A model generated the notes under the pieces. That model was not told where the DNA came from, made no database searches, and was given only the letters and a program-made list of their open reading frames with translations. Position numbers and translations under genes: made by a program. A stretch of 64,000 bases of DNA, from assembly GCA_021823625.1 (NCBI GenBank), contig JAKANS010000008.1, positions 26 to 64,025 of the forward strand, written 5' to 3'. Below are positions 30,009 through 40,809 of the stretch, piece after piece. This stretch comes from a bacterium (GTDB lineage: Bacteria > Verrucomicrobiota > Verrucomicrobiia > Limisphaerales > J093). Every line of letters begins with the position of its first letter. Position 1 is the first letter of the stretch.

Positions 30009-30754
30009 ATCGGGCTTTGCGCCTCGCCCACTGACGCGCGCAAAAAGGCCGTCAACGCTGGCCAGTCGCCGCTCCCATCGGTTTGGGCTGACCGCGTCGC
30101 GGTCAAGTGCCAGGTCTGCCAGCCCGCCTGCCGCGCGGGTTCCACGTCGTTATCGGGCCGGTCGCCCACCATCAGAATTTCGCGACGCGCAATGCCCATC
30201 GCCTGGAACCGCGCGCTGAGCAATTGAAACACATGCGGGTCCGGCTTGCTAAACCCGTGCTCGAACGACCAGAAACTTGCCCTTTCCGCAAACACCCGCC
30301 GGCTCAGCCCGACGCTTGCCAGCGCCCCGTCCAGTTCGCGCAGCGTGTAAGGCTGGGCATTCGAGGCAATGCCCAGCACCGCGCCGCGCGCGGCCAGTTC
30401 GCGCAGCAGGTCCGCCGCCTCTGATCGCGGACGCACCGTTCGGGTGAGTTGCATCTGTTCGTAAAGCCAGGTGTCGCGCTTGGCAACTTCGAGTCGCGCC
30501 AAGGCGGGCGCCACCTCCGCCACAATGTCGGGCCAGAAGACCTCGGGACAGACTATGCCGGCAGCGCGCGCGCGCGAGTGGTCGGCGGCAATGACTTCCT
30601 GGCAGCGCTGCGCGAACTCATCCAGCGACGGCGCCGCCGCTGCGCCCGGCAGGCGCGCCCACAGCTTTTGCCAGCGCCGCTCGGCGTCCGCCGGCGCGGG
30701 CAACACTTCCAGCAACGTCTGGTAAACGTCGAAAACCACCGCACGCACGCTCAC
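29978..30754 (-). CDS. HAD-superfamily phosphatase
   Basis: VVFDVYQTLL, GIASNAQ, SKPDP, MVGDRPDND; GTG start overlaps the upstream TGA. Confidence 0.85.
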   Translation of the reverse strand: MSVRAVVFDVYQTLLEVLPAPADAERRWQKLWARLPGAAAAPSLDEFAQRCQEVIAADHSRARAAGIVCPEVFWPDIVAEVAPALARLEVAKRDTWLYEQMQLTRTVRPRSEAADLLRELAARGAVLGIASNAQPYTLRELDGALASVGLSRRVFAERASFWSFEHGFSKPDPHVFQLLSARFQAMGIARREILMVGDRPDNDVEPARQAGWQTWHLTATRSAQTDGSGDWPALTAFLRASVGEAQSPIQPAAAQRTS

Positions 30755-32304
30755 GTTTCGCTCCTCCACAACAGCGGGAACTGGTGCTCCGAATCGAGTT
30801 TCGAGCGCAGGAAATCTTGTTGGATTTCCACGGCAGCGCGGGGTTCCGGCGCGTGCCGCGGACGGCGTTGAAGCAATTCAACGAATCGCCGGCCATAGGT
30901 TTCGCCGCCCAGCCACGCCTCGGCCGAGTCGGGCCAGGCGCTGGGCTGCAGACGCCGGTCCGCTGCCCGCCCCCGCCAGGCTCGCAAGGACGGATTCAGC
31001 GCCGCGCAGGCCGCCCAGCTTTCCTCGGCGGGCCAACGCAGCACTTCGAGTTGCGCGGTCAAGGTGAGCCGGCTGAAGGGCACCACCGCCGGCTCGCGGT
31101 CGCTTGCTAATAGCAGTGGCTCGCCCGCGAGGCGTTGGCAGGACGCCGGCAGTTCCGCCTTCCAGGCGCGGAAGAATCGCTGTTGCCGACGCCGCTCCGC
31201 GCGCCAGTCAAACAGCCCGGTCGCCACCCGCACGTCAGCGTAGGATTGCGGAAACCGGAAACCGAACCGCGCCAGGTCCGGCGCGATGTTCGGCAGCCGC
31301 CGGGCGACGAGCGGCCGCCCCGCCGCCGCCGCCTCGATATATGGCAGACCGAAGCCTTCGAGGATCGAAGTCAGCAGCACACATTCGCTGGCGGCGAGCA
31401 GTTCCAGCACCGAAGGCTTCGAGCGTTCGTCGCCGGCCAGCACGCTCAACCGCAGGCGCCAGCCCTGTTGGCGGCTCGCCTCGCACAACCGGTTGCCGTA
31501 AGCCGCTTCGTCGGCCGAACTCACGCCGCCGGTGGTCACCAACAGCGCTTCCGGCCGCAGCCACCGGCCCAGCAGGAGCGCTTCAGCCACGTTCTTGCGT
31601 CGTAACAAACGGCACGGCAGCAGCCAGACGGGCACCCGCTCGCCCAGTGTGCGCGCCAGCCAATCGCGCGCCGCGGTCACGGCGGCGCGCCTTGGCGGGG
31701 TCGGTTTGTCGCTGAGGTTGGGCAGCCAGGCCGCGCGCGGGCCCAGCCGGCAACGCAGCACGCGCGCATCGGCGTTGTTAATGGCCACGTGGCGAATCCG
31801 CCGGCTCGCGGCGAAGACCACCGCGGCCACCGCGCGCAGATTCGGCCACCCCGCCCGCCGCATTTCCGGCCACCGCTGCCAGCGGTTCTCGAACCACCAG
31901 TCGTGATGATGTGAAACCAGCGGCACGCCGCGTCGTTCGCAGGCAGAGGCGAGCTCGCGTGCCAGGAGCGTGTTGCGACCCACCCCCAGGTTGTGCGCCC
32001 ACACCACAGTCTCCTCGGTGCCGGCGAGCAACCGTTCACAGGCCCGCCGCACATCGGCCAGGATTCGTGCGGGCGAGCGCCTTTGTTCGGACAGGTAACG
32101 GAAAGCCGGCTCCACCACCCAAGCCACGCGGCAATCGGAGTTCGCTTTTCGGAACCGATCGTCCCACAGCGGGTCGGCCGCCTCGCCGGTCGCCAACACC
32201 ACCGTGTCCGCGCCCAAAGCCCGCCGCAGATGCGGCACCGCCAGCTCGATGACCCGGCGGATGCCACCCGGCCGAAAGTGATAATGAACGATGACCAGTC
32301 GCAA
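30751..32304 (-). CDS. GT-B (GT4-like) glycosyltransferase
   Basis: VHYHFRPGGIRRVIE, HNLGVGRN, RLLRRKNVAE, TSILEGFGLPYIE. Confidence 0.82.
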   Translation of the reverse strand: MRLVIVHYHFRPGGIRRVIELAVPHLRRALGADTVVLATGEAADPLWDDRFRKANSDCRVAWVVEPAFRYLSEQRRSPARILADVRRACERLLAGTEETVVWAHNLGVGRNTLLARELASACERRGVPLVSHHHDWWFENRWQRWPEMRRAGWPNLRAVAAVVFAASRRIRHVAINNADARVLRCRLGPRAAWLPNLSDKPTPPRRAAVTAARDWLARTLGERVPVWLLPCRLLRRKNVAEALLLGRWLRPEALLVTTGGVSSADEAAYGNRLCEASRQQGWRLRLSVLAGDERSKPSVLELLAASECVLLTSILEGFGLPYIEAAAAGRPLVARRLPNIAPDLARFGFRFPQSYADVRVATGLFDWRAERRRQQRFFRAWKAELPASCQRLAGEPLLLASDREPAVVPFSRLTLTAQLEVLRWPAEESWAACAALNPSLRAWRGRAADRRLQPSAWPDSAEAWLGGETYGRRFVELLQRRPRHAPEPRAAVEIQQDFLRSKLDSEHQFPLLWRSET

Positions 32305-32428
32305 CCACGGTAATTTTCAGGGGGCAAGGCCGGGGGTCAAATCGCATTTTCGGCAGCAAGGATTTTCAGCGATGCCCGGCAATCCTCGCTTGCCACCGGC
32401 CGGGGTGTGAACCGATAGTTACCCTAGC

Positions 32429-33640
32429 ATGGCGGATTTCTTCCAGACTGGCGCCATTGCCACCTTGCACCGGCTGGGCCTGCCGGACGTGGCGCGGCTC
32501 GAACAACAGCTCCAGGAGTACAGCCGGGAGACACCGATCGCGTTGGTGCTGCCCTGCCACGCACGGGAGCTGCGCACGCCCGCGCTACGGGGCATCCTCC
32601 GCGAACTCCGGCAGGTGCCCTACCTGCGCCAGGTGATCGTGGGTCTCGATGGCGCGAACGCGGAGGATTGGCGCCGCGCGCGCCGGCTGTTTCGCACGCT
32701 GCCCCAGAACCCGGTGCTGTTGTGGAACGACGGCCAGCGCATGAAACGACTGCTGGAGAAGCTCGAGGCGGCCGACTTGTCGATCGGGCAGGCCGGCAAG
32801 GGCCGCAACGTCTGGCTGTGCTGGGGTTTTGTCATCGCCAGCGGCCAAAGCCGGATGGTCGCCATGCACGATTGCGACATCCTCACCTACAACCGGGAAT
32901 TGCTGGCCCGCCTCTGCTATCCGGTGGCGCATCCGAGTCTGGGCTTCGACTTCTGCAAAGGCTACTACGCGCGGTGCAGCACCCAACTCAACGGGCGGGT
33001 CATGCGGCTGCTCGTGACACCTCTGTTGCGCGCGCTCAAGAGCATCGTCGGCCAAGTGCCGTTCCTGGTTTACCTCGACACCTACCGCTATCCGCTGGCC
33101 GGCGAATTCTCGCTCGACGTGGACCTGGTGCGCCGCAATCGCATTCCGTCGGATTGGGGGCTGGAAATCGGGCTGCTGGCGGAGGTCTATCGCAACTGCG
33201 CGCCGCGCGCCATCTGCCAGTCCGAATTGTGCGACAACTACGACCACAAGCACCAGGAACTGTCGCCACGCGACGACGAGAAAGGCCTGAACCGGATGGC
33301 CGTGGACGTGACCAAATCAGTCTTCATTCGGATGGCCGCCGAGGGCATCAAGCTCGACGCCGGGCTTTTCGACACCCTGGCCAGCGCGTACATGCGGCAG
33401 GCCGAAGACACGCTGCGGTTTTACGCCGCCGACGCGGCCGTCAACGGCCTGCGCTATCCGCGGCACGAAGAAGAGAAGGCCACCGCCACCTTCGCCCGGA
33501 GCATCCAGACCGCCGCCAAAGCCTTCCTGCAAGACCCGCTCTGGACGCCGCTCATCCCGAATTGGAACCGCGTGCAATCCGCGCTGCCGGACTTTCTGGA
33601 CGAGTTCCACCACGCCGTGACCCTGGACAACAAGAACTGA
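32429..33640 (+). CDS. gpgS: Glucosyl-3-phosphoglycerate synthase-like glycosyltransferase
   Basis: MADFFQTGAIATLH, GKGRNVW, HDCDI, KGYYAR, GRVMRL, YPLAGEF, DWGLEIG, YDHKHQ. Confidence 0.82.
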   Translation: MADFFQTGAIATLHRLGLPDVARLEQQLQEYSRETPIALVLPCHARELRTPALRGILRELRQVPYLRQVIVGLDGANAEDWRRARRLFRTLPQNPVLLWNDGQRMKRLLEKLEAADLSIGQAGKGRNVWLCWGFVIASGQSRMVAMHDCDILTYNRELLARLCYPVAHPSLGFDFCKGYYARCSTQLNGRVMRLLVTPLLRALKSIVGQVPFLVYLDTYRYPLAGEFSLDVDLVRRNRIPSDWGLEIGLLAEVYRNCAPRAICQSELCDNYDHKHQELSPRDDEKGLNRMAVDVTKSVFIRMAAEGIKLDAGLFDTLASAYMRQAEDTLRFYAADAAVNGLRYPRHEEEKATATFARSIQTAAKAFLQDPLWTPLIPNWNRVQSALPDFLDEFHHAVTLDNKN

Positions 33641-33768
33641 CCGCCGCTTCTCCGCAAAACTAGCGGCCCAAAAACGCGAGCGGCAGCGGGACTGGGATCG
33701 ACCGCCGGGATCCGCGCAGCGAAGTAAAGTATTTCCAAACGTGGGAGCGCGGGCTAAAGAGGGTGCGT

Positions 33769-33845
33769 GCGTCCGTAGCTCAATTGGATAGAGCTTCTGA
33801 CTTCGGATCAGAAGGTTGCAGGTTCGAGTCCTGCCGGACGCGCCA
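33769..33845 (+). tRNA. tRNA-Arg(TCG)
   Basis: Acceptor stem GCGTCCG/CGGACGC, D-arm TAGCTCAATTGGATAGAGC, anticodon arm TCTGA-CTTCGGA-TCAGA, T-arm GGTTCGAGTCC, encoded CCA. Confidence 0.96.
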
Positions 33846-34136
33846 TCCTCATAATCAATGCCTTACGTCTGCAATCTCCAAAAGTCACAATGCTAGGTTA
33901 CAATAAGTCCAGGGATGTCCAGCATCGTCCAGCACCTTTCCAAAGGGCTGTGGCGAGCATCGATGGACCGTCACGAAGAGTGTCCGGTCATCGCTCGCGG
34001 CGTCGTGTGATTCCAAGCTCAACCGAACCGGTGACAAGCGAACGGTGGGCGGCGGTCAGTTGTCGCCGACCCAGGTAGTGTCCAAGGCCAAGTCTGCCCG
34101 GAACCAGATTCCCCCGCGTTTTACGGCGGAACGTTT

Positions 34137-35759
34137 TCACCGGTACAGCACCGGTTCCTTCCGCCAGTCCTTGTCCTTGTCGAAGCCCATCTCGGCGACG
34201 CGGGGACGGCGCTCGCGCAGGCGGACAGATTCGATGCCCAGCAGGCAGCCTTGCGAGGCCGGGTTCCGGCCCACGCAATCCAGGCGCAGCGTGTAGTCGC
34301 CCGGCTCGGGCCAGAAGTCGAGCAGGTGCACCTCCTCGTTCCCGGTCTTGGCGCTGTAGAAATCGACCGGCCCGCCCAGCTTCACGCCATTGACGGAGAC
34401 CTGGTAGCGGCCGAAATCGTAGGACTTGGTGGCGTTGAGCAACAGTCGCAGCGGCTCCTTCTTCGTGACCTTGAACGGGATTTCCAGCCAGGCGCCTTCC
34501 GGTTTCGCGGGACGGTAGAGCAGTTGCGGACCGTCGTAGAAATCGAGTTGCTGTGGCGTGACCTCGCCAGGGCCGTGGTGGCTGGCGTCGGCGAAGTCGC
34601 GGGCGTAGGCGATGACGCGTTCCAGGCTGGGCAGGCGCCGTTCGCTGGCCGGCGGCACGGGCGGTTGCGGCGTAGGCTCGCCGGTCTGGTACCAGAACGC
34701 CACGCTGGCGTAGTCGTCTTCGCGCTCGTTCCAGCTCGTGGATTTGTTGGCGGGATTCTCGTCCGGCGCGATCCAGCCGAAGTGCTCCAACGTGAACTTG
34801 ATCCCGGTGTCGAAGACGAGCGGGTCGTTGAGGTGCCAGCGATACGCGGCGGTGTGTCCGCCGACAATCCCCCACTGGTCGAAGTACGGCACCCCGAAAT
34901 ACGGCGTGCTCGTGGTCTGCAGGCCCCACGCGGAAAGGAAATAATCCTCCGTGCCGGTGCCCCAGATCGAAGGTTTCGCCTCGCCGTCGATGTAGATCTT
35001 CTCGTCGCCTTCGCCGAACCACGCCGGGCTGCGGGTGCGCACCGCGAGCACGGTGCCGACGTACTGGCCCTTGCCCTGGGTGTCGAGCAGCACGTAGTCC
35101 TGGCCGTGCCGGACCGGATATTCCTGGCGGTAGTGGGCGTAAAAGTACGGCGTGTCGTCGGGCAGGCTGTCCTTCTTGATCCAGTCGATGTTGTAGTAGA
35201 GGAGGCTGATCGGCTTCTCGCTCTGGTTGACGATCTCGATCCGCGCGGATTTCCGAAACGGCATCTGCCAAAAGCAATTGTAGGAGTCCGCGTCCTCGAC
35301 GATGACCGGCAGGCTGATCACCTCGCGGCGCTGGCCAAAGCAGTTCGCGAAGAAGTCCCCCACCGGCGCCTCGACGGCGGGCCGCTCGCTGCCATCCCAG
35401 AACATCCGGAGCAACATTTCCTGGTGATTCGCCGAGCCGCTCTTCGCCCAACCTTGCGGTTCGGGGCCGAGGAAGGTGACCCAGATGTGGGTGATCACGC
35501 CGGGGCCTGGTTCGTCCAGCAGGACATGGGTGGCGCCGGGCGGGACGGTGAAGTTGTCCCAGTTGCTCGCCTCGTCGAGGTCGCCGCGCGGCTCGGCCTT
35601 CGGGTCGAACTTCGCGTCCGGACCGCGCCGCAGCGGACCGACCCGCGAGGTCGAGGTGGCGCGCATCGAGCGGCCGGATTGGGGTTTGGCGAGGTCGTCG
35701 AGCGGTCCGGCCGAAACCGCGGCGCACAGGACACAGGCGAAGAGTAATGAGGGACGCAT
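34137..35759 (-). CDS. Secreted DUF2961 (GH172-like) glycoside hydrolase with a C-terminal extra domain
   Basis: GPGVITHIW, EAPVGDFF, NCFWQMPF, WFGEGDEKIYIDGE, GTGTEDYF, SVAFWYQ. Start ATG 35759. Confidence 0.88.
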   Translation of the reverse strand: MRPSLLFACVLCAAVSAGPLDDLAKPQSGRSMRATSTSRVGPLRRGPDAKFDPKAEPRGDLDEASNWDNFTVPPGATHVLLDEPGPGVITHIWVTFLGPEPQGWAKSGSANHQEMLLRMFWDGSERPAVEAPVGDFFANCFGQRREVISLPVIVEDADSYNCFWQMPFRKSARIEIVNQSEKPISLLYYNIDWIKKDSLPDDTPYFYAHYRQEYPVRHGQDYVLLDTQGKGQYVGTVLAVRTRSPAWFGEGDEKIYIDGEAKPSIWGTGTEDYFLSAWGLQTTSTPYFGVPYFDQWGIVGGHTAAYRWHLNDPLVFDTGIKFTLEHFGWIAPDENPANKSTSWNEREDDYASVAFWYQTGEPTPQPPVPPASERRLPSLERVIAYARDFADASHHGPGEVTPQQLDFYDGPQLLYRPAKPEGAWLEIPFKVTKKEPLRLLLNATKSYDFGRYQVSVNGVKLGGPVDFYSAKTGNEEVHLLDFWPEPGDYTLRLDCVGRNPASQGCLLGIESVRLRERRPRVAEMGFDKDKDWRKEPVLYR

Positions 35760-35887
35760 GGCCAGGCTTGTAATCCCGCCGCGAGGCGGAAGCAACCGAA
35801 AGCCGGACGCGAACCGGGGGCGCCGGTAGCGGTGAGTTCGCCGGCTGTGTGTTGGAAGCGCCGATGTCCTTCCGGCCTCCGAGCCGG

Positions 35888-37165
35888 CTAATCCGCCTTG
35901 CGCAGCACGGCGACATAGGCGCCGTCGGCTTTGTCGTCGGGCGGAAACAGTTCGCGTTCGGTCGCCACCGTGAATTCGGGGTGGGCGACGATGAAGGCGT
36001 CCACCACGCCGCGGTTCTCCTCGGACTCCAGACTGCACGTGCTGTAAGCCAGGGTGCCACCGGGGCAGAGCAGCGGCGCGGCTTGTTCGAGCAGGGCGAG
36101 CTGGGCCCGCGACAGGCGCGCGATCTCTTCCAGGCGCAGGCGCCACCGCAAGTCCAGTCGGCGCCGGACGACGCCGGTGTTCGAACACGGCGCGTCCACG
36201 AGGATGCGGTCGAACTCGCGCAGCGGCGCGTCCTCGACGGAGGCGACGACGGTGCAATCGGCGCAGAGCCGCTCGCAGTTTTCACTGAGACGCTGGCGGC
36301 GCGCGACCGAAGGCTCGACCGCCACGAGGGACACGTCGTTTTCGAGCATCTGGGCGAGCAGGGTGGTCTTGCCGCCCGGTGCCGCGCACAGATCGAGGAC
36401 GCGGTCGCCGGGCTTGGGGTCCAGCATCCGCGGCGCGAGCAACGTGCTGGGATCCTGGACGTAAAACCAGCCCTGACGGAAGCTGGCCAGGCTGCCCAGT
36501 GGCGGGTGCGACTTCAGCTCGAACACCAGGTTTTCCGGAATCCAGTCCCAGCGCCCGAAGTCGTAGCTGAAGTCCTCGATCCGCCATTGCTCGATCAACT
36601 TGGCGGGCTCCACCATCAAGGTGTTCATGCGCGCAAACGTGCGCGGCGGGGTGTTGTTCCATGCGAGCAGTCGTGCCGTTCGCGCCGCGCCCCAGCGGGC
36701 CGACCACCGGTCCACCAGCCAACCGGGGTGCGACCACCCGACCGCCGGGTTGTCCGTTTTGAGGCGGTCGAGCAAGGCGCGGGTCGCCTCGCGTTCGCGG
36801 GCCAAGCCGCGCAGGATAGCGTTAACGAACCCCGAATCGCCCGGCCCGGCCAGGCTGACGGTCTCGTTGACGGCGGCGTGGTCCGGGACGCGGTCGAGCC
36901 AGAACAACTGGTACAAGCCGAGCCGGAGCAGAACTTGCACGGCGGGCGTCTGGCGGCGGGAGCCGGTCTTGCGCTCGATCAGCCAGTCGAGCGTGGCCTG
37001 CCAGCGCACCACCCCGAAGACGAGTTCCTGGGCCAGGCCCCGGTCCACGGCCGGCAGCCGGACCGCGGCCAGGGCGGCGTCCAACAAGTCTTCGACGTAA
37101 TCGCGGCCCGTTTCACGGTCGAGCAAAACGCGGAAGGCAATTTCTCTTGGTTTGCGCTGCAACAC
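35888..37165 (-). CDS. rsmB: 16S rRNA m5C967 methyltransferase RsmB/Sun
   Basis: NusB-like N-terminus, YVQD, DLCAAPGGKT, DAPCSNTG, YSTCS. Confidence 0.9.
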   Translation of the reverse strand: MLQRKPREIAFRVLLDRETGRDYVEDLLDAALAAVRLPAVDRGLAQELVFGVVRWQATLDWLIERKTGSRRQTPAVQVLLRLGLYQLFWLDRVPDHAAVNETVSLAGPGDSGFVNAILRGLAREREATRALLDRLKTDNPAVGWSHPGWLVDRWSARWGAARTARLLAWNNTPPRTFARMNTLMVEPAKLIEQWRIEDFSYDFGRWDWIPENLVFELKSHPPLGSLASFRQGWFYVQDPSTLLAPRMLDPKPGDRVLDLCAAPGGKTTLLAQMLENDVSLVAVEPSVARRQRLSENCERLCADCTVVASVEDAPLREFDRILVDAPCSNTGVVRRRLDLRWRLRLEEIARLSRAQLALLEQAAPLLCPGGTLAYSTCSLESEENRGVVDAFIVAHPEFTVATERELFPPDDKADGAYVAVLRKAD

Positions 37166-37212
37166 TTGGCAATATTGACGGTCACGTTCTTGGAAGCGAG
37201 TCGTAAACGGAC

Positions 37213-39264
37213 ATGAGAGAAGAGCTAGAAAGTCTGGTCTCGACAGGCAAGATCGAACGCCGCCACGTGGATCCCTTGTTGACGTTGATCCAGTGCGGGT
37301 TCTGCGAGCACCGCGGGTGGGGATTCGGTCGCATCCGGCAAGTGGACCCGGTCTTTGGCCGGTTCACCATCGATTTCACGAACAAGCCGGGCCATTCGAT
37401 GGACCTCGCCTTCGCGGCCGAACTGCTCAAGGCCATCCCGCGCGACCACATCCTCGCCCGCAAGGCGGAAGATCTCGCCGGGTTGCGCCAGATGGCCGCC
37501 CTGCACCACCTCGACGTCATCAAGCTGGTGCTGCGAAGCTTCGGTGGCAAGGCCACGGTGGACCAACTCCAGCGCGCGCTGGTGCCTGACGTCATCGCCA
37601 CCGACTGGCGGAAATGGTGGGAAGCCGCGCGCCAGGAGATGAAACGCGACGGCCACTTCACGGTGCCGCTGAAAAAGACCGAACCGATCGTTTACCAGGA
37701 GGCCGAGGTCAGTCTGCAGGATCGCTTGATGACGGACTTTCGCGCCGCCCGTGGCCTGAAAGCCCGGCTGGTCATCGCCGGCGAGTTGCTGAAATCCATC
37801 GCCGACCTGACCGACGCCAAGGCGACGGCGACCGAGGCGATCGCCACGCTGAATTCCGAGATCGCCAGCCATCAGCGCACCATGCCCGCGCTGGCGCTCG
37901 AAGCGATCTTCATGCGCGACGACTTGCGCCAGGCCGTCGGGGCGGACGCCCCGGCGGAAGGCGAAATGGCCGCCACCGCGATCTGGGCTCAAGTGAGCGA
38001 CGCGGGCGAGGTGTTGGAACAGGTTTCCGGACCGAAGCACAAACGCGCGCTCCAATCGTTCCGCGACGCCAACCCCTTAGGCTGGCATGGGGCGTTGCTG
38101 CAAGGGCTCAACTCCCTCAGCGCCAAGCTCTGCGCGGAATGCGCAAGCCTCCTCATCGAAGGCGACCATTGGCTGGCGCTGAAGGACCGGGTGCTGCGGC
38201 TCGTCAGTCAGCACGCGGCCAGCAGCGAACTGCTGTACTGGCTGGCCAAGGAGCGCAGCACCGACCAGTTCGCGGACATTCTCGGGCCGGAGGTTTTCCG
38301 CGCCATGCTGAGCGCCATCGAGCGGGACCAGTTCAACGAGCGCAAAAAGCACCAGCTTCGCGACTACATCATGGACGACTCCGTGCTCTTGGTGGAGTTG
38401 ATCGAGTCGGCGGACATCGAAGTCATCAAAGACCTGACGCGCGCCCTCCAGCTTTCGCCGAGCTTCGATGACATGGACAAGCGCTCCTTGCTGGCGCGCA
38501 TCGTGAAGCATTTCCCGGCGGTGCAATCGTTGATCTCCAGCGAGCACACCCGGCAGGACAACTCCCTCGTCGTCTCCTGGGAAAGCCTGGAGCGGCGCCG
38601 GCAGGAATACCACGAACTGGTCGAAAAGAAGATTCCGGCCAACTCGCGCGACATCGCGGTGGCGCGGAGCTACGGCGACCTGCGCGAAAACCACGAATAC
38701 AAGGCGGCGAAGGAGCAACACCGCCTGTTGATGCTCCGCAAGGCCGAACTCGAAAACCAGCTCCTGCGCGCCCGGGGCACTGACTTCTCGGATACGCGCG
38801 CGGACGCGGTGGGCATCGGGACGAGCATGCGCGTCCTCGAGTTGGGACGCCAACACCGCGAGACGCTCACGATTTTGGGAGCCTGGGATTTCGACACCAC
38901 AAACCACGTCGTCAGCTACCTCAGTCCGCTGGCCCAGTCGTTGATGGGCAAAAAGGTGGGCGACGAAACCGAGTTGGAGTTGGAAGGCCAGACCGCGCGC
39001 TACCGCATCGAGTCCATCGCGGTGTACCAGCCGACCCCCCCGGCCGTCTCGCAGACGATTCCCGCGACGGAGCTGGTGGCGGCGGCAGTTCCGGAAACTG
39101 CGCCGGTCCAGCCGGTCGAAGTCCCGCCCGCACCTGCGCCAGCGGACTCAGCTCTCGCGGTGGCAACTGGCGAAACCGCCTCCTCGACGACGCCGACGAT
39201 CGCTTCCACGCCCGCACCGGACAGTGTGGCTGCCGCTTCGCCGGAGCCCGGGCCGGCGGCTTGA
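37213..39264 (+). CDS. greA: Long PVC-type GreA/GreB transcription elongation factor
   Basis: ARSYGDLRENHEYKAAKE, ILGAWD, SYLSPLAQSL after a ~450 aa N-terminal extension; Pro/Ala-rich tail. Confidence 0.85.
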   Translation: MREELESLVSTGKIERRHVDPLLTLIQCGFCEHRGWGFGRIRQVDPVFGRFTIDFTNKPGHSMDLAFAAELLKAIPRDHILARKAEDLAGLRQMAALHHLDVIKLVLRSFGGKATVDQLQRALVPDVIATDWRKWWEAARQEMKRDGHFTVPLKKTEPIVYQEAEVSLQDRLMTDFRAARGLKARLVIAGELLKSIADLTDAKATATEAIATLNSEIASHQRTMPALALEAIFMRDDLRQAVGADAPAEGEMAATAIWAQVSDAGEVLEQVSGPKHKRALQSFRDANPLGWHGALLQGLNSLSAKLCAECASLLIEGDHWLALKDRVLRLVSQHAASSELLYWLAKERSTDQFADILGPEVFRAMLSAIERDQFNERKKHQLRDYIMDDSVLLVELIESADIEVIKDLTRALQLSPSFDDMDKRSLLARIVKHFPAVQSLISSEHTRQDNSLVVSWESLERRRQEYHELVEKKIPANSRDIAVARSYGDLRENHEYKAAKEQHRLLMLRKAELENQLLRARGTDFSDTRADAVGIGTSMRVLELGRQHRETLTILGAWDFDTTNHVVSYLSPLAQSLMGKKVGDETELELEGQTARYRIESIAVYQPTPPAVSQTIPATELVAAAVPETAPVQPVEVPPAPAPADSALAVATGETASSTTPTIASTPAPDSVAAASPEPGPAA

Positions 39265-39367
39265 GGCGCGGTTCGGTTGGGCGGCTCCCGCGGCAGGGGC
39301 TATTCTCCAACCTGTTGCGTGTGTGGAACAACTGCCTGGAACAACCCACCACTGGCCGCCTTTCTCG

Positions 39368-39395
39368 TTGACGGTGGTGGAGGGCGAGGTAAAAT
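39368..39395 (+). promoter_or_regulatory. Putative sigma70 promoter of gap
   Basis: TTGACG-16 nt-TAAAAT about 60 nt upstream of the ATG. Confidence 0.5.
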
Positions 39396-39424
39396 TCGCT
39401 TCTTACTGATCGGACACCGATTAG

Positions 39425-40519
<1,095 letters not shown>

Positions 40520-40544
40520 GCGCAGGTCACCTTAGGTTTTCGCG

Positions 40545-40577
40545 AACGGCGGTCCGGCAAGGGGTCGCCGTTTTTGT
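40545..40577 (+). terminator. Intrinsic terminator after gap
   Basis: AACGGCGGTCC...GGGTCGCCGTT followed by TTTGT. Confidence 0.6.
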
Positions 40578-40809
40578 CATGCTGCCCATCACCACCGGGC
40601 TGTGGCATGCGTAAACTCCAAAGTTAGAATGGTAGGCTTTGCCGCTACACGACGCTCAGGCGTAGTGCGGAAAATCAAGGGTCTGGAAGCCCGTTTACGG
40701 TTGCGGTGGCTTGCTGAGAGGACTAAATGAGTCGCTCGGCCACGCCGGCAGAGGCGACAAGGCGTCTCTTTCTGCCGGCCAGGGACGATCCAGTCTCCGA
40801 GAACCCTGT

